NCBI GenBank assembly: GCA_963665815.1
Contig: OY762463.1
Span: 480,001 to 544,000 of the forward strand
Length of the DNA stretch: 64,000 nt
Direction of reading: 5' to 3'
Origin: Candidatus Cloacimonadales bacterium
Lineage (GTDB): Bacteria > Cloacimonadota > Cloacimonadia > Cloacimonadales > JAIOQZ01
Both the position numbers and the translations under genes were made by a program. This document shows, one piece after another, positions 1-10,784 of this stretch (position 1 is its first letter; each line of letters starts with the position of its first letter). The notes beneath the pieces are model-generated. The model made no database searches. It was given only the letters and a program-made list of their open reading frames with translations, and was not told the DNA's origin.

Positions 1-449
1 AAAAGGGAAAAATCAATAAATCCTGCAGCAATAAGAGAATCTGCTATATTATATTTCAAAGGCAATTTTTTTTCATTTAAACTTGTTTCTAAATCCGGAA
101 GCTTAAAGTTTTTGGGTAGATCAAGGTACCTGTATTCTCCATCTACAAAAACACTTCTCTTGTATTCAGTATCTCTTCCGCAAACCAGAATTCTATTCAT
201 TGTTGAACTATATGCTGAAACCGGATTTTCTGTCTCAAAGGCAATCTTTGCATACTGAGAACAGGTTGGATACATTCGGCAATTACCGCGGCCGTCAATA
301 GGGGAGATGTACTTCTGATAGAAGTTCAGGAATAGTCCTTTCCCCGAACCATAGTGGAGATCGAGCTTATCATCAGAACAATAGACAGTGCTGAAAATAA
401 AAAGAATAACAAATACAAAGAAATGGTTTTTGGAGTATCTTGTTCTCAT
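1..449 (-). CDS. Exported protein with YidD-like (membrane insertion efficiency factor / 'haemolytic') domain plus C-terminal extension; runs off the window edge
   Basis: Not in the ORF track. Manual translation from ATG at 449: MRTRYSKNHFFVFVILFIFSTVYCSDD...FYQKYISPIDGRGNCRMYPTCSQYAKIAF...NRILVCG..., open to position 1. YQ..ISP...CR.YPTCS.Y is the YidD signature. Confidence 0.75.
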   Translation of the reverse strand, partial: MRTRYSKNHFFVFVILFIFSTVYCSDDKLDLHYGSGKGLFLNFYQKYISPIDGRGNCRMYPTCSQYAKIAFETENPVSAYSSTMNRILVCGRDTEYKRSVFVDGEYRYLDLPKNFKLPDLETSLNEKKLPLKYNIADSLIAAGFIDFSL

Positions 450-451
450 GG

Positions 452-1249
452 TTACCTTATTGACAGGAAATCATCCAGAACTTTTATCACTTGCTTTGCA
501 TTCTTTTCGATAGTTAATTTATCACGTAAGATAAGAGTAGATATCTTAAAGAAGAAACTGTGATTATATGCCCCGGAATCGAAAACCAGCGTACCTTCGG
601 ATAAATCCCATATTTGAAATTCAATAGTAGAAGTGTATCCAAAATATTGTGAGACTGTTGGTACTGACTCATTCCTGAAATCTCTTTCAGTGAAATGCAG
701 ATATGGATTGATAAATATAATCGCATAGTCAGCATTGTATTCATTTAGATATGGTTGAAGTTTACACTTCATGTCATGATTTACTTTCTTCTGAAAATAT
801 TCTTTCTTTTTTTCATCACGATTGCGAGGATCAAAAATCCTGACATGACTGGATTCATATGCAATATGCTTCATAGTAAAAATTGAGGATTCTTCTTCAA
901 ATAGTAAGGAATCATTACTGGAAATGAATTTGAAATTTGTATCTGGCATTATTTCTCGTGCATTCTTCTGAATTTCAGAGTTCCATAATTGCTCAATTCT
1001 GATTTTGTCTTTAGCGGAATAAGTGTAGAATATTGAATTAGGTACGTTAAATGTAACATCATGTACAGGAAATACTATAAAGGTGCTACCTGAATCAATT
1101 TTACCCTTTTCCAGCTCCCTGTCAATATGTTGAGAATATCTTAGAGATGAGCAGCCTGATACAACAGTAGTAACGAGTATCATAAACACGGATAACATTA
1201 CATTCTTAATAATAAAATATATTCGGTTAATTCTTGATTGAGTCATCAA
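452..1249 (-). CDS. Putative lipoprotein, paralog 6 of tandem family
   Basis: Lipobox VVSGC; family motifs FIVFP, ADYAIIF, EFQIWD..G.LVFDSG. Confidence 0.7.
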   Translation of the reverse strand: MMTQSRINRIYFIIKNVMLSVFMILVTTVVSGCSSLRYSQHIDRELEKGKIDSGSTFIVFPVHDVTFNVPNSIFYTYSAKDKIRIEQLWNSEIQKNAREIMPDTNFKFISSNDSLLFEEESSIFTMKHIAYESSHVRIFDPRNRDEKKKEYFQKKVNHDMKCKLQPYLNEYNADYAIIFINPYLHFTERDFRNESVPTVSQYFGYTSTIEFQIWDLSEGTLVFDSGAYNHSFFFKISTLILRDKLTIEKNAKQVIKVLDDFLSIR

Positions 1250-1472
1250 TTAATTCCTTCCTGTCAGTCTGTCTGGCTCAGGGCGTTTTCTCTCAATTAC
1301 TTTTTTAAAACTGCGGATATTTCCAATGCACTTTCAAATTTTTAGCAATACTCTCTTTCTGTGATCCCGCATTTGAATTTCAACTTTAGATGTATTATAT
1401 ATTTAATCAATCCTTTTTTCTGATAACCATATTGCATATTCCGGGAAAAAATCAAAAAACTGTCCTTACATT

Positions 1473-2225
1473 TTATTTCTCTATTATACGTTTTAGTAAG
1501 TCAACAACACCCTTTGAATTTTCCTCAAAGAGTTTTTTGCTTTCAGAGAATCCAACAATAGAATCGTCAATACCGGAACTTAAGGAACCTGAACTATAAA
1601 GCATTGTTCCTTTATGGCAATCCCATATCTGCACCTCAGTTCTAATATAAACTTTTTTCTCATATAATCCTGAACCATAAGACATACCTCTGGAATCAGT
1701 ATATGTTTTTTCAACTTCATAAGCTTTAATAAATGGATCAACAAATATTACCGCATAGTCAGCAGAGAACTTCTTTGAATAATCGGATAAGAGATTTTTC
1801 ATTTTTTCATTTTCTTCGGAATCATAAAATTGAGTTGGAAGAGGAGGATCATCAAGCCCGATAATTCGAGCCATACTTGATTCGGATGTTTCAAATATGA
1901 TTGCTTGCAAAGATGAATTTTCCTGAATAAACAGTTCCTCATCGGAAGCAGGGAAACTAAAATTCTGAGATGGAAACCCATTTTTTATTTCTTCAACAAT
2001 ACTCTTATTCCATACATATTTGTATTGTTTTTTTAATTCTCCGAAAGTGGTTGTGACCATTACAGCTTTGTAATCTAACTCAAAATCATCAATCGGAAAA
2101 ACAATAAATTTCTTTCCTTTTACGATTTTATCTTTCTTCAATGAATTTTCAATGTTAATCGAATATTCTGTATATGTACATGCCATTAAGATAAAAACAA
2201 TAATCATCATTAAAAAGTTTTTCAT
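1473..2225 (-). CDS. Putative lipoprotein, paralog 5 of tandem family
   Basis: Lipobox LMAC; FIVFP, ADYAVIF, EVQIWDC..G.MLYSSG. Confidence 0.75.
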   Translation of the reverse strand: MKNFLMMIIVFILMACTYTEYSINIENSLKKDKIVKGKKFIVFPIDDFELDYKAVMVTTTFGELKKQYKYVWNKSIVEEIKNGFPSQNFSFPASDEELFIQENSSLQAIIFETSESSMARIIGLDDPPLPTQFYDSEENEKMKNLLSDYSKKFSADYAVIFVDPFIKAYEVEKTYTDSRGMSYGSGLYEKKVYIRTEVQIWDCHKGTMLYSSGSLSSGIDDSIVGFSESKKLFEENSKGVVDLLKRIIEK

Positions 2226-2241
2226 ACTTCATCCTATTTTG

Positions 2242-2271
2242 AAAAAAAAGTAAGCCGAACAAACGGCTTAC
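2242..2271 (-). terminator. Rho-independent terminator within the paralog array
   Basis: GTAAGCCG/CGGCTTAC stem followed by T8 on the minus strand. Confidence 0.7.
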
Positions 2272-2287
2272 TATTAATATTTATTTT

Positions 2288-3091
2288 TTAATAATTATTT
2301 ACATTGACTGCACCCGAAACAACTTCTGCAAGTCTTTCGGTCAGTTTTTTTGAATTATTTTTCATGGATACTTCTTCAGGGGTTACAAGCATGCAGCCTC
2401 CATCAGAATTTTTAACATAAGCTCCGGAATTGAATAATAATATTCCGCTATTGCAATCCCACACCTGAATTTCAACATTAGCAGTATATATTGTCTGGCT
2501 GGAAGAGCTTGTTGACATTCCACCTGATGAAACATTGTAACTTGTTGTTGTACTTGTGTGAATACTTCCGGAAAGAGAGGGTTCAACAAAGATTACCGCA
2601 TAATCTGCCGGATATTTAGTGAGATATGGTTTGAGCTTTTCTTTTATTACTTTGTTAGGTTCACTTTGAATGTACTCAATAGGATTTTCTTCACCATTAT
2701 ATAAGTTTATTATCTTTACGTAACTTGACTCAAAAGCTTCAGCTTTGAGTGCAAAGAAAGTTGATTTTTCTTCTCTGTATAACTGACTATCATCTTTCAT
2801 GAAATTGAATTGTTGATTTGGAAAATTCTCTTTAAGGAACATGGCAATTTTATCGTTCCAAAAATCTTCTACAGTATCTTTTGTATGCTTACTTGTAGGT
2901 GATCCACAACTTGTTGGTGGTTGAAAATTTGGGTTATCAAGAGGGAAGACAATAAATGTTTTGCTGTCCTCGATCTTTGTGCCTCTGAGTGAAACATCTG
3001 CGTGCTTTGTGTAGTCCATGACTGCACATGAAATTAAAAGTATTGGTAATACCAGCATTACTAATTTTTTAATCAATTTAAGTTCCTCCAT
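2288..3091 (-). CDS. Putative lipoprotein, paralog 4 of tandem family
   Basis: Lipobox LISC; FIVFP, ADYAVIF, EIQVWDC..G.LLFNSG. Confidence 0.75.
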   Translation of the reverse strand: MEELKLIKKLVMLVLPILLISCAVMDYTKHADVSLRGTKIEDSKTFIVFPLDNPNFQPPTSCGSPTSKHTKDTVEDFWNDKIAMFLKENFPNQQFNFMKDDSQLYREEKSTFFALKAEAFESSYVKIINLYNGEENPIEYIQSEPNKVIKEKLKPYLTKYPADYAVIFVEPSLSGSIHTSTTTSYNVSSGGMSTSSSSQTIYTANVEIQVWDCNSGILLFNSGAYVKNSDGGCMLVTPEEVSMKNNSKKLTERLAEVVSGAVNVNNY

Positions 3092-3138
3092 TTTATATTT
3101 AAGTGTCTTTATTTTTTTATTTCTGATTTCTCTTTTTT

Positions 3139-3909
3139 TTAATTACTGAAAAATCCACCGGAACTACTTTTGATCTGTGATCTGATTACATTCTTAAGGC
3201 TTTTTACTGCATTCTCAATAGTCTTCCCCTTTTTCTTGAACGCATCGTATTGGCTTGCAATCTTTGTATCTGTAATATGCTTTGCGTCAAAAAGCATTTT
3301 TCCGGTTTTACCATCGAATACGAATACTTCAATAACCGGATGTTGAATGTAAATTGTTTTAGTAGTAGTATAAGGAACAAAAGTGCCAAATACCTGTGTG
3401 CCAGTAACAAACGTTTTCTCGCAGGGAAATTCCACCGTGGAAGTCAGCCAGACAATTGCATAATCGAAGTCATATTTCTTCTTCAATTCATCAAATTGCT
3501 GTATTAATCTTTTATTCTCAGGAAAATCTCTGTACTTAAGGTTTCTTTTGAATTCTGTCTCAATGAGTTGTGATTCAGAACGACGTATTGCAGTTCTTCT
3601 GATTCTTCTGATTTCAGGTGAGTCATCGTAATCTGGTAAGAATTTCCAGTTTTCAGTGTTATATCTTTCTCTAAGCAAAGATATCAGGTCATCATTAAAA
3701 TCACATTTAGTTCCACCACTGAAAATACCATTTATGACAAAGCATCCGGTTTTTTTTATCTTAACAGGTTCTGCCGGTATTACGAGAATTTTCTGATCAT
3801 CTGTAATTCTTTTATACTCGACTGATTTGTCAGCCCAAATGGAGTATTTCTTTGCAATCAATGGTGTCAGCATAAAAAAAGCTATTAAGATAATTGAAAA
3901 TTTTTTCAC
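3139..3909 (-). CDS. Exported protein, paralog 3 of tandem family
   Basis: GTG start after AAGGAG; signal peptide; ILVIP, YNTENW, FDYAIV, EVFVFD..TGKMLF. Confidence 0.7.
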   Translation of the reverse strand: MKKFSIILIAFFMLTPLIAKKYSIWADKSVEYKRITDDQKILVIPAEPVKIKKTGCFVINGIFSGGTKCDFNDDLISLLRERYNTENWKFLPDYDDSPEIRRIRRTAIRRSESQLIETEFKRNLKYRDFPENKRLIQQFDELKKKYDFDYAIVWLTSTVEFPCEKTFVTGTQVFGTFVPYTTTKTIYIQHPVIEVFVFDGKTGKMLFDAKHITDTKIASQYDAFKKKGKTIENAVKSLKNVIRSQIKSSSGGFFSN

Positions 3910-3977
3910 AAAGTCTCCTTTAATTTTACATTTTGCTTCTAAATAATGCTTAGCACTGCATAAGTAATTAATTTTTT

Positions 3978-4802
3978 TTACTCTCCAAAAAATCCACCCT
4001 TCTGAGGTTCTATTTTCTTTTTAACAAGTTTTCTGATTTTTTTCACAGCATCTTCTGCAATTTCATTTCTGTGTTTATAAGTTTTTTTCTCTTTATTGCC
4101 ATCAATAAAATGCTTAGAGTTAAATATCAGTTTCCCCGTTGTGCATTCAAAAATGAATATCTGAACGACTGGAATCTCAATAGCTTTGTTGTAAGCTGTG
4201 TTGAAAGCCATTGCATTTGTATTGAAGAAAGCAATATTCTGATACTCAAAATTTCCTATTGATGTTTCAATATACATTGCATACTGGCAATTGTGTCTCT
4301 CATTTATTTTTTTAAAAATCGGTACAAGATCTTTTATAACGGGAAGGTTATCATATATTGGACTCTTAATATAGCTGTGCTTATCTGAAAGATGAGGAAT
4401 AGTAATTTCCTCAGACATTCTTTTCATTTTCTTTTTTGTGTTGAAATCAATGTCTTTATCGGAAATCCAGAACCAATTTTCAGTATTGTAAGTTTGTTTC
4501 AATTCTTCTTCAATCAGTTTGGGAAAATCAATTTCTGAGTACTTCAGTCCTACCAAACCAGCGAGGAAGCAAGTTGATTTAATTACACTTACGGATTCCG
4601 TCGGGATTATAAGTATCTTATCATTTTCATCAATGTACGAGTTTTCAAAAGATAAATCAATATGATAGCTGAAATCTCGCAGCTTTTCTGGATTCTCATT
4701 TCTGGGATAGTACTTGGAAACATAATTACTGTTGTCAATTGAAAAAGCATGTGATGAAATAATAAACATTAAAAAAAGAGCTTTTCTCAAAATCCCCTCC
4801 AT
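3978..4802 (-). CDS. Exported protein, paralog 2 of tandem family
   Basis: Signal peptide; ILIIP, YNTENW, QIFIFEC.TGKLIF, C-terminal GGFF shared with 3139..3909. Confidence 0.7.
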   Translation of the reverse strand: MEGILRKALFLMFIISSHAFSIDNSNYVSKYYPRNENPEKLRDFSYHIDLSFENSYIDENDKILIIPTESVSVIKSTCFLAGLVGLKYSEIDFPKLIEEELKQTYNTENWFWISDKDIDFNTKKKMKRMSEEITIPHLSDKHSYIKSPIYDNLPVIKDLVPIFKKINERHNCQYAMYIETSIGNFEYQNIAFFNTNAMAFNTAYNKAIEIPVVQIFIFECTTGKLIFNSKHFIDGNKEKKTYKHRNEIAEDAVKKIRKLVKKKIEPQKGGFFGE

Positions 4803-4810
4803 AACAATTT

Positions 4811-5593
4811 CTAATTGAACATCCCTGTAGCTTTTTTGGATTTACGTTTAATCTTCAGCATTTTCTGCATAAATTCAACCGATTCTTTTGAAAGCTGCCT
4901 CAGATAATCATCAATTGTATTAATATCTTTTCCCTGAGTCATGAATATTTTGCCACTGTATATCTGTTTTCCGTCAGTGCAATCCCATATTTGAGTCTCT
5001 ATTATTCCCGGACTGAAGAGAAATTCTTCTCCGCCAATTTTTCCTTTAATTCTTTCAACTGATGTAAGGTTAAGTACAACATAATCGCAATTAAAGAATT
5101 TTTTGAATTTCTTAATCTGCTTATACATTGCCTTATTGGGTTTCATGTTTCTATAGCTTAATCTTGGGGCCTTAATAAAAGCATCAATTTTCTTTGCATA
5201 AGAGTTTTCTTTAGCAATAGTTATTATCGTATTCATATTTGCGGCATCAGAAGTAAACAAGCTATGATTCTCATTGAAGGGTTGAAATTCAAAATCCGGG
5301 AAAATAAGCTGAAAATTACTATGCAAGTATTGATCGATTCTGTATTCTTCGGGTTGATTTCCACCTTTGAACATGCTCGCTAAATCTTCAAATAGATTGC
5401 CCTGAGTTTTTATATTAAAAGTTTCTGCAGGCAGAATTGCAAACTTAAGCCCTTTTTCAAATTTTTTGTACTCGAATTCCCTTGATCCGTAATTTCTGAA
5501 ATAGGAATATAGTGGATCAGGAGTTTGTGCGAATAATGGAATATATAGTAAAGATAACAACAATGTGGATACAATAATTTTAACTCTTCTCAT
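4811..5593 (-). CDS. Exported protein, paralog 1 of tandem family
   Basis: RBS GAGGAG; signal peptide; FAILP, CDYVVL, ETQIWDC.DGKQIYSG. Confidence 0.7.
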   Translation of the reverse strand: MRRVKIIVSTLLLSLLYIPLFAQTPDPLYSYFRNYGSREFEYKKFEKGLKFAILPAETFNIKTQGNLFEDLASMFKGGNQPEEYRIDQYLHSNFQLIFPDFEFQPFNENHSLFTSDAANMNTIITIAKENSYAKKIDAFIKAPRLSYRNMKPNKAMYKQIKKFKKFFNCDYVVLNLTSVERIKGKIGGEEFLFSPGIIETQIWDCTDGKQIYSGKIFMTQGKDINTIDDYLRQLSKESVEFMQKMLKIKRKSKKATGMFN

Positions 5594-5692
5594 AATCTCC
5601 TCAATAAGCTTTTTGATACATCGGGCAGGAAGTGAATTATAAAAAACTCCTTTTACTATTTGTAGAAATTATACGAGTGAAAACTTGTCAAT

Positions 5693-5723
5693 AAAAAAAA
5701 GACTGCCCTGAAAGGACAGTCTT
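5693..5723 (-). terminator. Terminator downstream of gdhA
   Basis: AAGACTG...CAGTCTT stem plus T-tract on the minus strand. Confidence 0.7.
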
Positions 5724-5758
5724 CGGATACTAAAACTATTTATTAAGGCGTTTAAATA

Positions 5759-7129
<1,371 letters not shown>

Positions 7130-7435
7130 CTAAAAAAAAATGTGTCAATAATAAAATATTTATTTCTTGTTTGATTACTATAAAGAAATACTTAAACTGT
7201 AACAATAGTTTTTACAGCAGGTTTACAATTGTAATGTGACTCATCTGACAAATAACCGAGCTAAGAAATTCTTATAATTGTTTATAACTGAAATATCATG
7301 TTATACTCTATGTTTTACAGGAAAAATTACAATTGATAGCAGAAGGCTTTTCCCTTTTCTAATGAGAAAAACTTATAACAATATTTATATGATTCTGAGT
7401 TGAATGTAAAAATTAAGAATCGGGGTCCGATTTCT

Positions 7436-8485
7436 CTATTCTCTATCCAGAATTTTCATGTACTGTTTGAAATGTTCCTTTGATACATACCTGATCGGGA
7501 AATAAAACGGAGTATAGCAAGTATTCCAGCAACCGGAGCATTTCTCGAATTTCTTTCGGAAGTTTTTCCATGTTTCTGAGGAAGTAAGTTCTGCCGGAGT
7601 TCTCTCCAGTATATTACCAATACTGTTACCAATGCACACAGAAACGTTTCCCTGAGGATGGATAAAAAATTTAGATCCGAACGTAGGAGACTCGATATAA
7701 GGGCAAAGCTTCGGTGCTTCATTACGGAAGTAGTTTTCGTAACCATTAAGAAGCCAGTCCGGAGTAAGTATGTTTTTCGATTTTTTAAGCTGCTCTATTA
7801 CCTTTGAGAACTTGTCATCCAGTTCGATCTTCATCTTTTCATTTTCGTTGTGGCTGTCGGAAGACCAGCGATAGATATCTGTATAGGCTTTCCAACCAAA
7901 TTCTTCCAGTTTTTCCAATATCTGCGGAACCTGATCAATATTCATTTTACTCACAACCAGACTGATCCTTGTTTGAATCTTATTTGCAGTCTCCGCATTC
8001 ATTCTGTTGATTTTGTGAATGTTGGCTGCTACGGTTTTCTCAACATTCTTTGCTCCGCGTATAATATCTGCAGTTTTACCAAGTCCGTCAAAAGAAGTTT
8101 GAATCGGAATTTGATGCTTGAAACATTTCTCCAGAAGTGGTTCAAGAATTTTGTCAGGAAGATAAAGATTTGTCAGAAGTTGTGTTCTCAGCAATTTCTT
8201 AGAGCTTATGTATTCTATCATCTCGTTAACATGAGGATTAAGTGCCGGTTCTCCACCGGAAAGCGTGATGCCCTGAGTCCCATGCTCAACAAGCTTGTCA
8301 ACAATCAGCTTAAAGTTCTCCAGATTCATGATTGTATTCTCATTTGCTTTTTCCGGAATACTGCATTGCAGACATCGTTGTGTACATTGATAGTTAAGCA
8401 GAAGGTTGACCAGAATAAATCCGGGTTTACGTTTTACAAAGTTCTTTATGTTTTTTCCAAGTCGGAAGATTACTTCTTTTTTCAT
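7436..8485 (-). CDS. Radical SAM protein with SPASM/twitch-like C-terminus
   Basis: CTQRCLQC (CxxxCxxC), SGGEP, SFDG, C-terminal CPY...VSVC...CSGCWNTC; start at 8485 after GGAG. Confidence 0.88.
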   Translation of the reverse strand: MKKEVIFRLGKNIKNFVKRKPGFILVNLLLNYQCTQRCLQCSIPEKANENTIMNLENFKLIVDKLVEHGTQGITLSGGEPALNPHVNEMIEYISSKKLLRTQLLTNLYLPDKILEPLLEKCFKHQIPIQTSFDGLGKTADIIRGAKNVEKTVAANIHKINRMNAETANKIQTRISLVVSKMNIDQVPQILEKLEEFGWKAYTDIYRWSSDSHNENEKMKIELDDKFSKVIEQLKKSKNILTPDWLLNGYENYFRNEAPKLCPYIESPTFGSKFFIHPQGNVSVCIGNSIGNILERTPAELTSSETWKNFRKKFEKCSGCWNTCYTPFYFPIRYVSKEHFKQYMKILDRE

Positions 8486-8562
8486 ATTGTCTCCATTGTA
8501 GATAGCATGATTTCTGTAAATCATTGCTTATGAAAACATTGTCAAGCAAACATTTTCACAGC

Positions 8563-9246
8563 TCAGCAAATCCCAAGGATTTTTGCTCCAACATAAAAGA
8601 TAGCAGCATCTGCAATAGCATGACTTATAAACCCCGGAATAACAGATTTGCTTATTCTGTAGTGGATAGCCCAGATTATCCCTGCAAAGAATATACAACC
8701 TGACCAGAAAAGGGATGAAGTAAGATCCAGATAGAACCGAAGCACAAAAAAATGGTGTAGAGTAAACATAAGGGCTGATGCAGGTATTGTTAAAAATGCA
8801 GGAAGCATCCTTCCAAGTGATCTGATAAGAAAGAATCTCCAGACAAATTCTTCCAATAGTGAATTCAGAAATACCCAGTAAATGAATCCCAGAACAAAGA
8901 TACCTGTGCTTTTCACACCAATATCAGACAGTTTCTCTGAGATTACAGCGTTATCTGCAAAAGTATGTCCTAACCACTTATAAGCTGCAATAATGAATAT
9001 CGATATTACGATTCCACTGCCGACTCCCGACAGAATATGCTTTAGTGATACAGGTTTCCTTTTGAACTTGTATTTCTCTGCGAATTTCAACCAGAGAAGC
9101 GGTACAGCCAGTATCGATAACCTGCAAAATCCGTAGATTGCATTACCGGGAACTGAATCTGGGAACCAATACATTGCCGATAGCGTGCCTATTGTGGGCA
9201 GAATCAGGATATTTAAAACAGGGAAAAGACTATTCGTGTTTCTCAT
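8563..9246 (-). CDS. CPBP (Abi/CAAX protease-like) intramembrane metalloprotease
   Basis: Multiple TM segments; EEFVWR, FTLHH and SHAIAD motifs. Confidence 0.88.
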   Translation of the reverse strand: MRNTNSLFPVLNILILPTIGTLSAMYWFPDSVPGNAIYGFCRLSILAVPLLWLKFAEKYKFKRKPVSLKHILSGVGSGIVISIFIIAAYKWLGHTFADNAVISEKLSDIGVKSTGIFVLGFIYWVFLNSLLEEFVWRFFLIRSLGRMLPAFLTIPASALMFTLHHFFVLRFYLDLTSSLFWSGCIFFAGIIWAIHYRISKSVIPGFISHAIADAAIFYVGAKILGIC

Positions 9247-9467
9247 AAATCTGATTTTTGATTGAGTAGGGTAGATGTCAATGAATTTGGGAATTTACTA
9301 TGCTTTTCGTTCTGATACAGCCAATGCTTGGATCGGTTAAGTAATTTCTGAATAATTCTTTGAGCTTTTCACTAAATCTATATTTTAGTAATCTGAATTA
9401 TCTGAGGATAATAAAAAGAGTTGATGATTGTGATTGATATGGAGTTTGAATTAGCAATATACAACAA

Positions 9468-9499
9468 ACAGGCTGTCGAATAATCAACAGCCTGCTTTT
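9468..9499. terminator. Terminator downstream of serpin gene
   Basis: CAGGCTGT...ACAGCCTG hairpin. Confidence 0.6.
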
Positions 9500-9520
9500 A
9501 ATATATGGTAAAGTAAAGTT

Positions 9521-10705
9521 TTATGGTTTGACGAATGTTCCTGCAAAAAGGATTGTATCAGTTTCATCATCTACGATAAGATATATGAAAGGTTTGTTTG
9601 CATTGAACTGTTTAGCCATACTGATTGTTCTGGCAACTGCAGCAGTTGCTCCAGCTGCTTCTGTTCCTTCTTCGTTTACTTCGATAAATGTTTTATGGAT
9701 AATATCATCAATTACAAGCTGTTCTCTTTTATTGATTTTAGTAAAATCAGCCTGAGATGAAAATATGTTTGAGTAGCCAAGATCAGTCAGTTTTTCTTTA
9801 AGTGAGTATCTGACTGTATTAGTAAATCTTGGAAGCATTACGTTGGTTTTTCTGCTTTTCATTTCACTTTTCTTAGTATAAAGCTGTTCAAGAGTGACAC
9901 TTTTGAGTAGCTCATTGAATGTTCTGAGAGAACCATCGCCTTTATCCTTTGGCAGGATAACAAGCATACTGGATTTTTCGTTGATGTAGGGAAGACTTAC
10001 CATCTGCACCAGTTTATCTTCGTAGTAGCTATATTTTGATTCATCAGACATCATATCTACCTGTTCGTTATTTTTCATAGGCATGTATGATCTGAAATCT
10101 CTTTTTCGAGTATTGGCAGGATCGAACTTGTTTTTCCACTGTCCCTTGAAGTATACGGCATTGGTGAGAACAAATCTGGTTGTAGGAGTTATGGAACTTG
10201 GCTTAAGCAGATCTTTAATCTTATCCATAGTCTTCTCTTCAACCCATTTGTTGATGTCAAGTCTTGCTGACTCATATCTCTTCTGGAAATCCACATGATG
10301 AATCTCTGATTTGTAGTATTTTTTCATTACTCTTCTGAATCCCCAGCGAGGTTTGATAGTGTTATCAAGCCAGATTGAGTTAGCTGTCATGATATTGAAT
10401 TTATCAGAGCTGTTTGCTTTGAGAGTTGCATCAAGTTTTCTCAGTGATTTGTATGGTTTTTTTGTTTTTAGATTCATGGCTTCTGACATTGCATTCTTTG
10501 TGGACTTACCTGCTCCGGAATGAAGCATGGATAACACAGATGTAATGCTGTAAGGTGCTATAAAACTGTTTTCATCCTCACTCATTACTTCTTTAAGAAG
10601 TTTGAAGGATAGCTCATTGTTAACCTTGGACATCTCATTTGCTTCGGCACTAATGAATGAGACAGCAAAGAGACAGATGATAGAGAAAATAAATAGTTTC
10701 TTCAT
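9521..10705 (-). CDS. Secreted serpin (serine protease inhibitor)
   Basis: Signal peptide; INKWVEEKT.DKIKDLL, NAVYFKGQW, hinge EEGTEAAGATA, FNANKPFIYLI. Confidence 0.95.
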   Translation of the reverse strand: MKKLFIFSIICLFAVSFISAEANEMSKVNNELSFKLLKEVMSEDENSFIAPYSITSVLSMLHSGAGKSTKNAMSEAMNLKTKKPYKSLRKLDATLKANSSDKFNIMTANSIWLDNTIKPRWGFRRVMKKYYKSEIHHVDFQKRYESARLDINKWVEEKTMDKIKDLLKPSSITPTTRFVLTNAVYFKGQWKNKFDPANTRKRDFRSYMPMKNNEQVDMMSDESKYSYYEDKLVQMVSLPYINEKSSMLVILPKDKGDGSLRTFNELLKSVTLEQLYTKKSEMKSRKTNVMLPRFTNTVRYSLKEKLTDLGYSNIFSSQADFTKINKREQLVIDDIIHKTFIEVNEEGTEAAGATAAVARTISMAKQFNANKPFIYLIVDDETDTILFAGTFVKP

Positions 10706-10784
10706 ATAATTTTCCTTTCGTAGATGAATTTATTCTTTTTAAATCATTAACATCAAAATTGAATATCTGCTTCAATATTGCTTA

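Noticed and set aside
7198-7216. GlnR/TnrA or NtcA box upstream of gdhA (TGTAA-N9-TTACA)
   Set aside because: Spacing does not fit TGTNA-N7-TNACA or GTA-N8-TAC, and such palindromes are common in AT-rich DNA.
7850-8533. 227-aa plus-strand ORF
   Set aside because: Antisense shadow of the radical SAM gene; no motifs.
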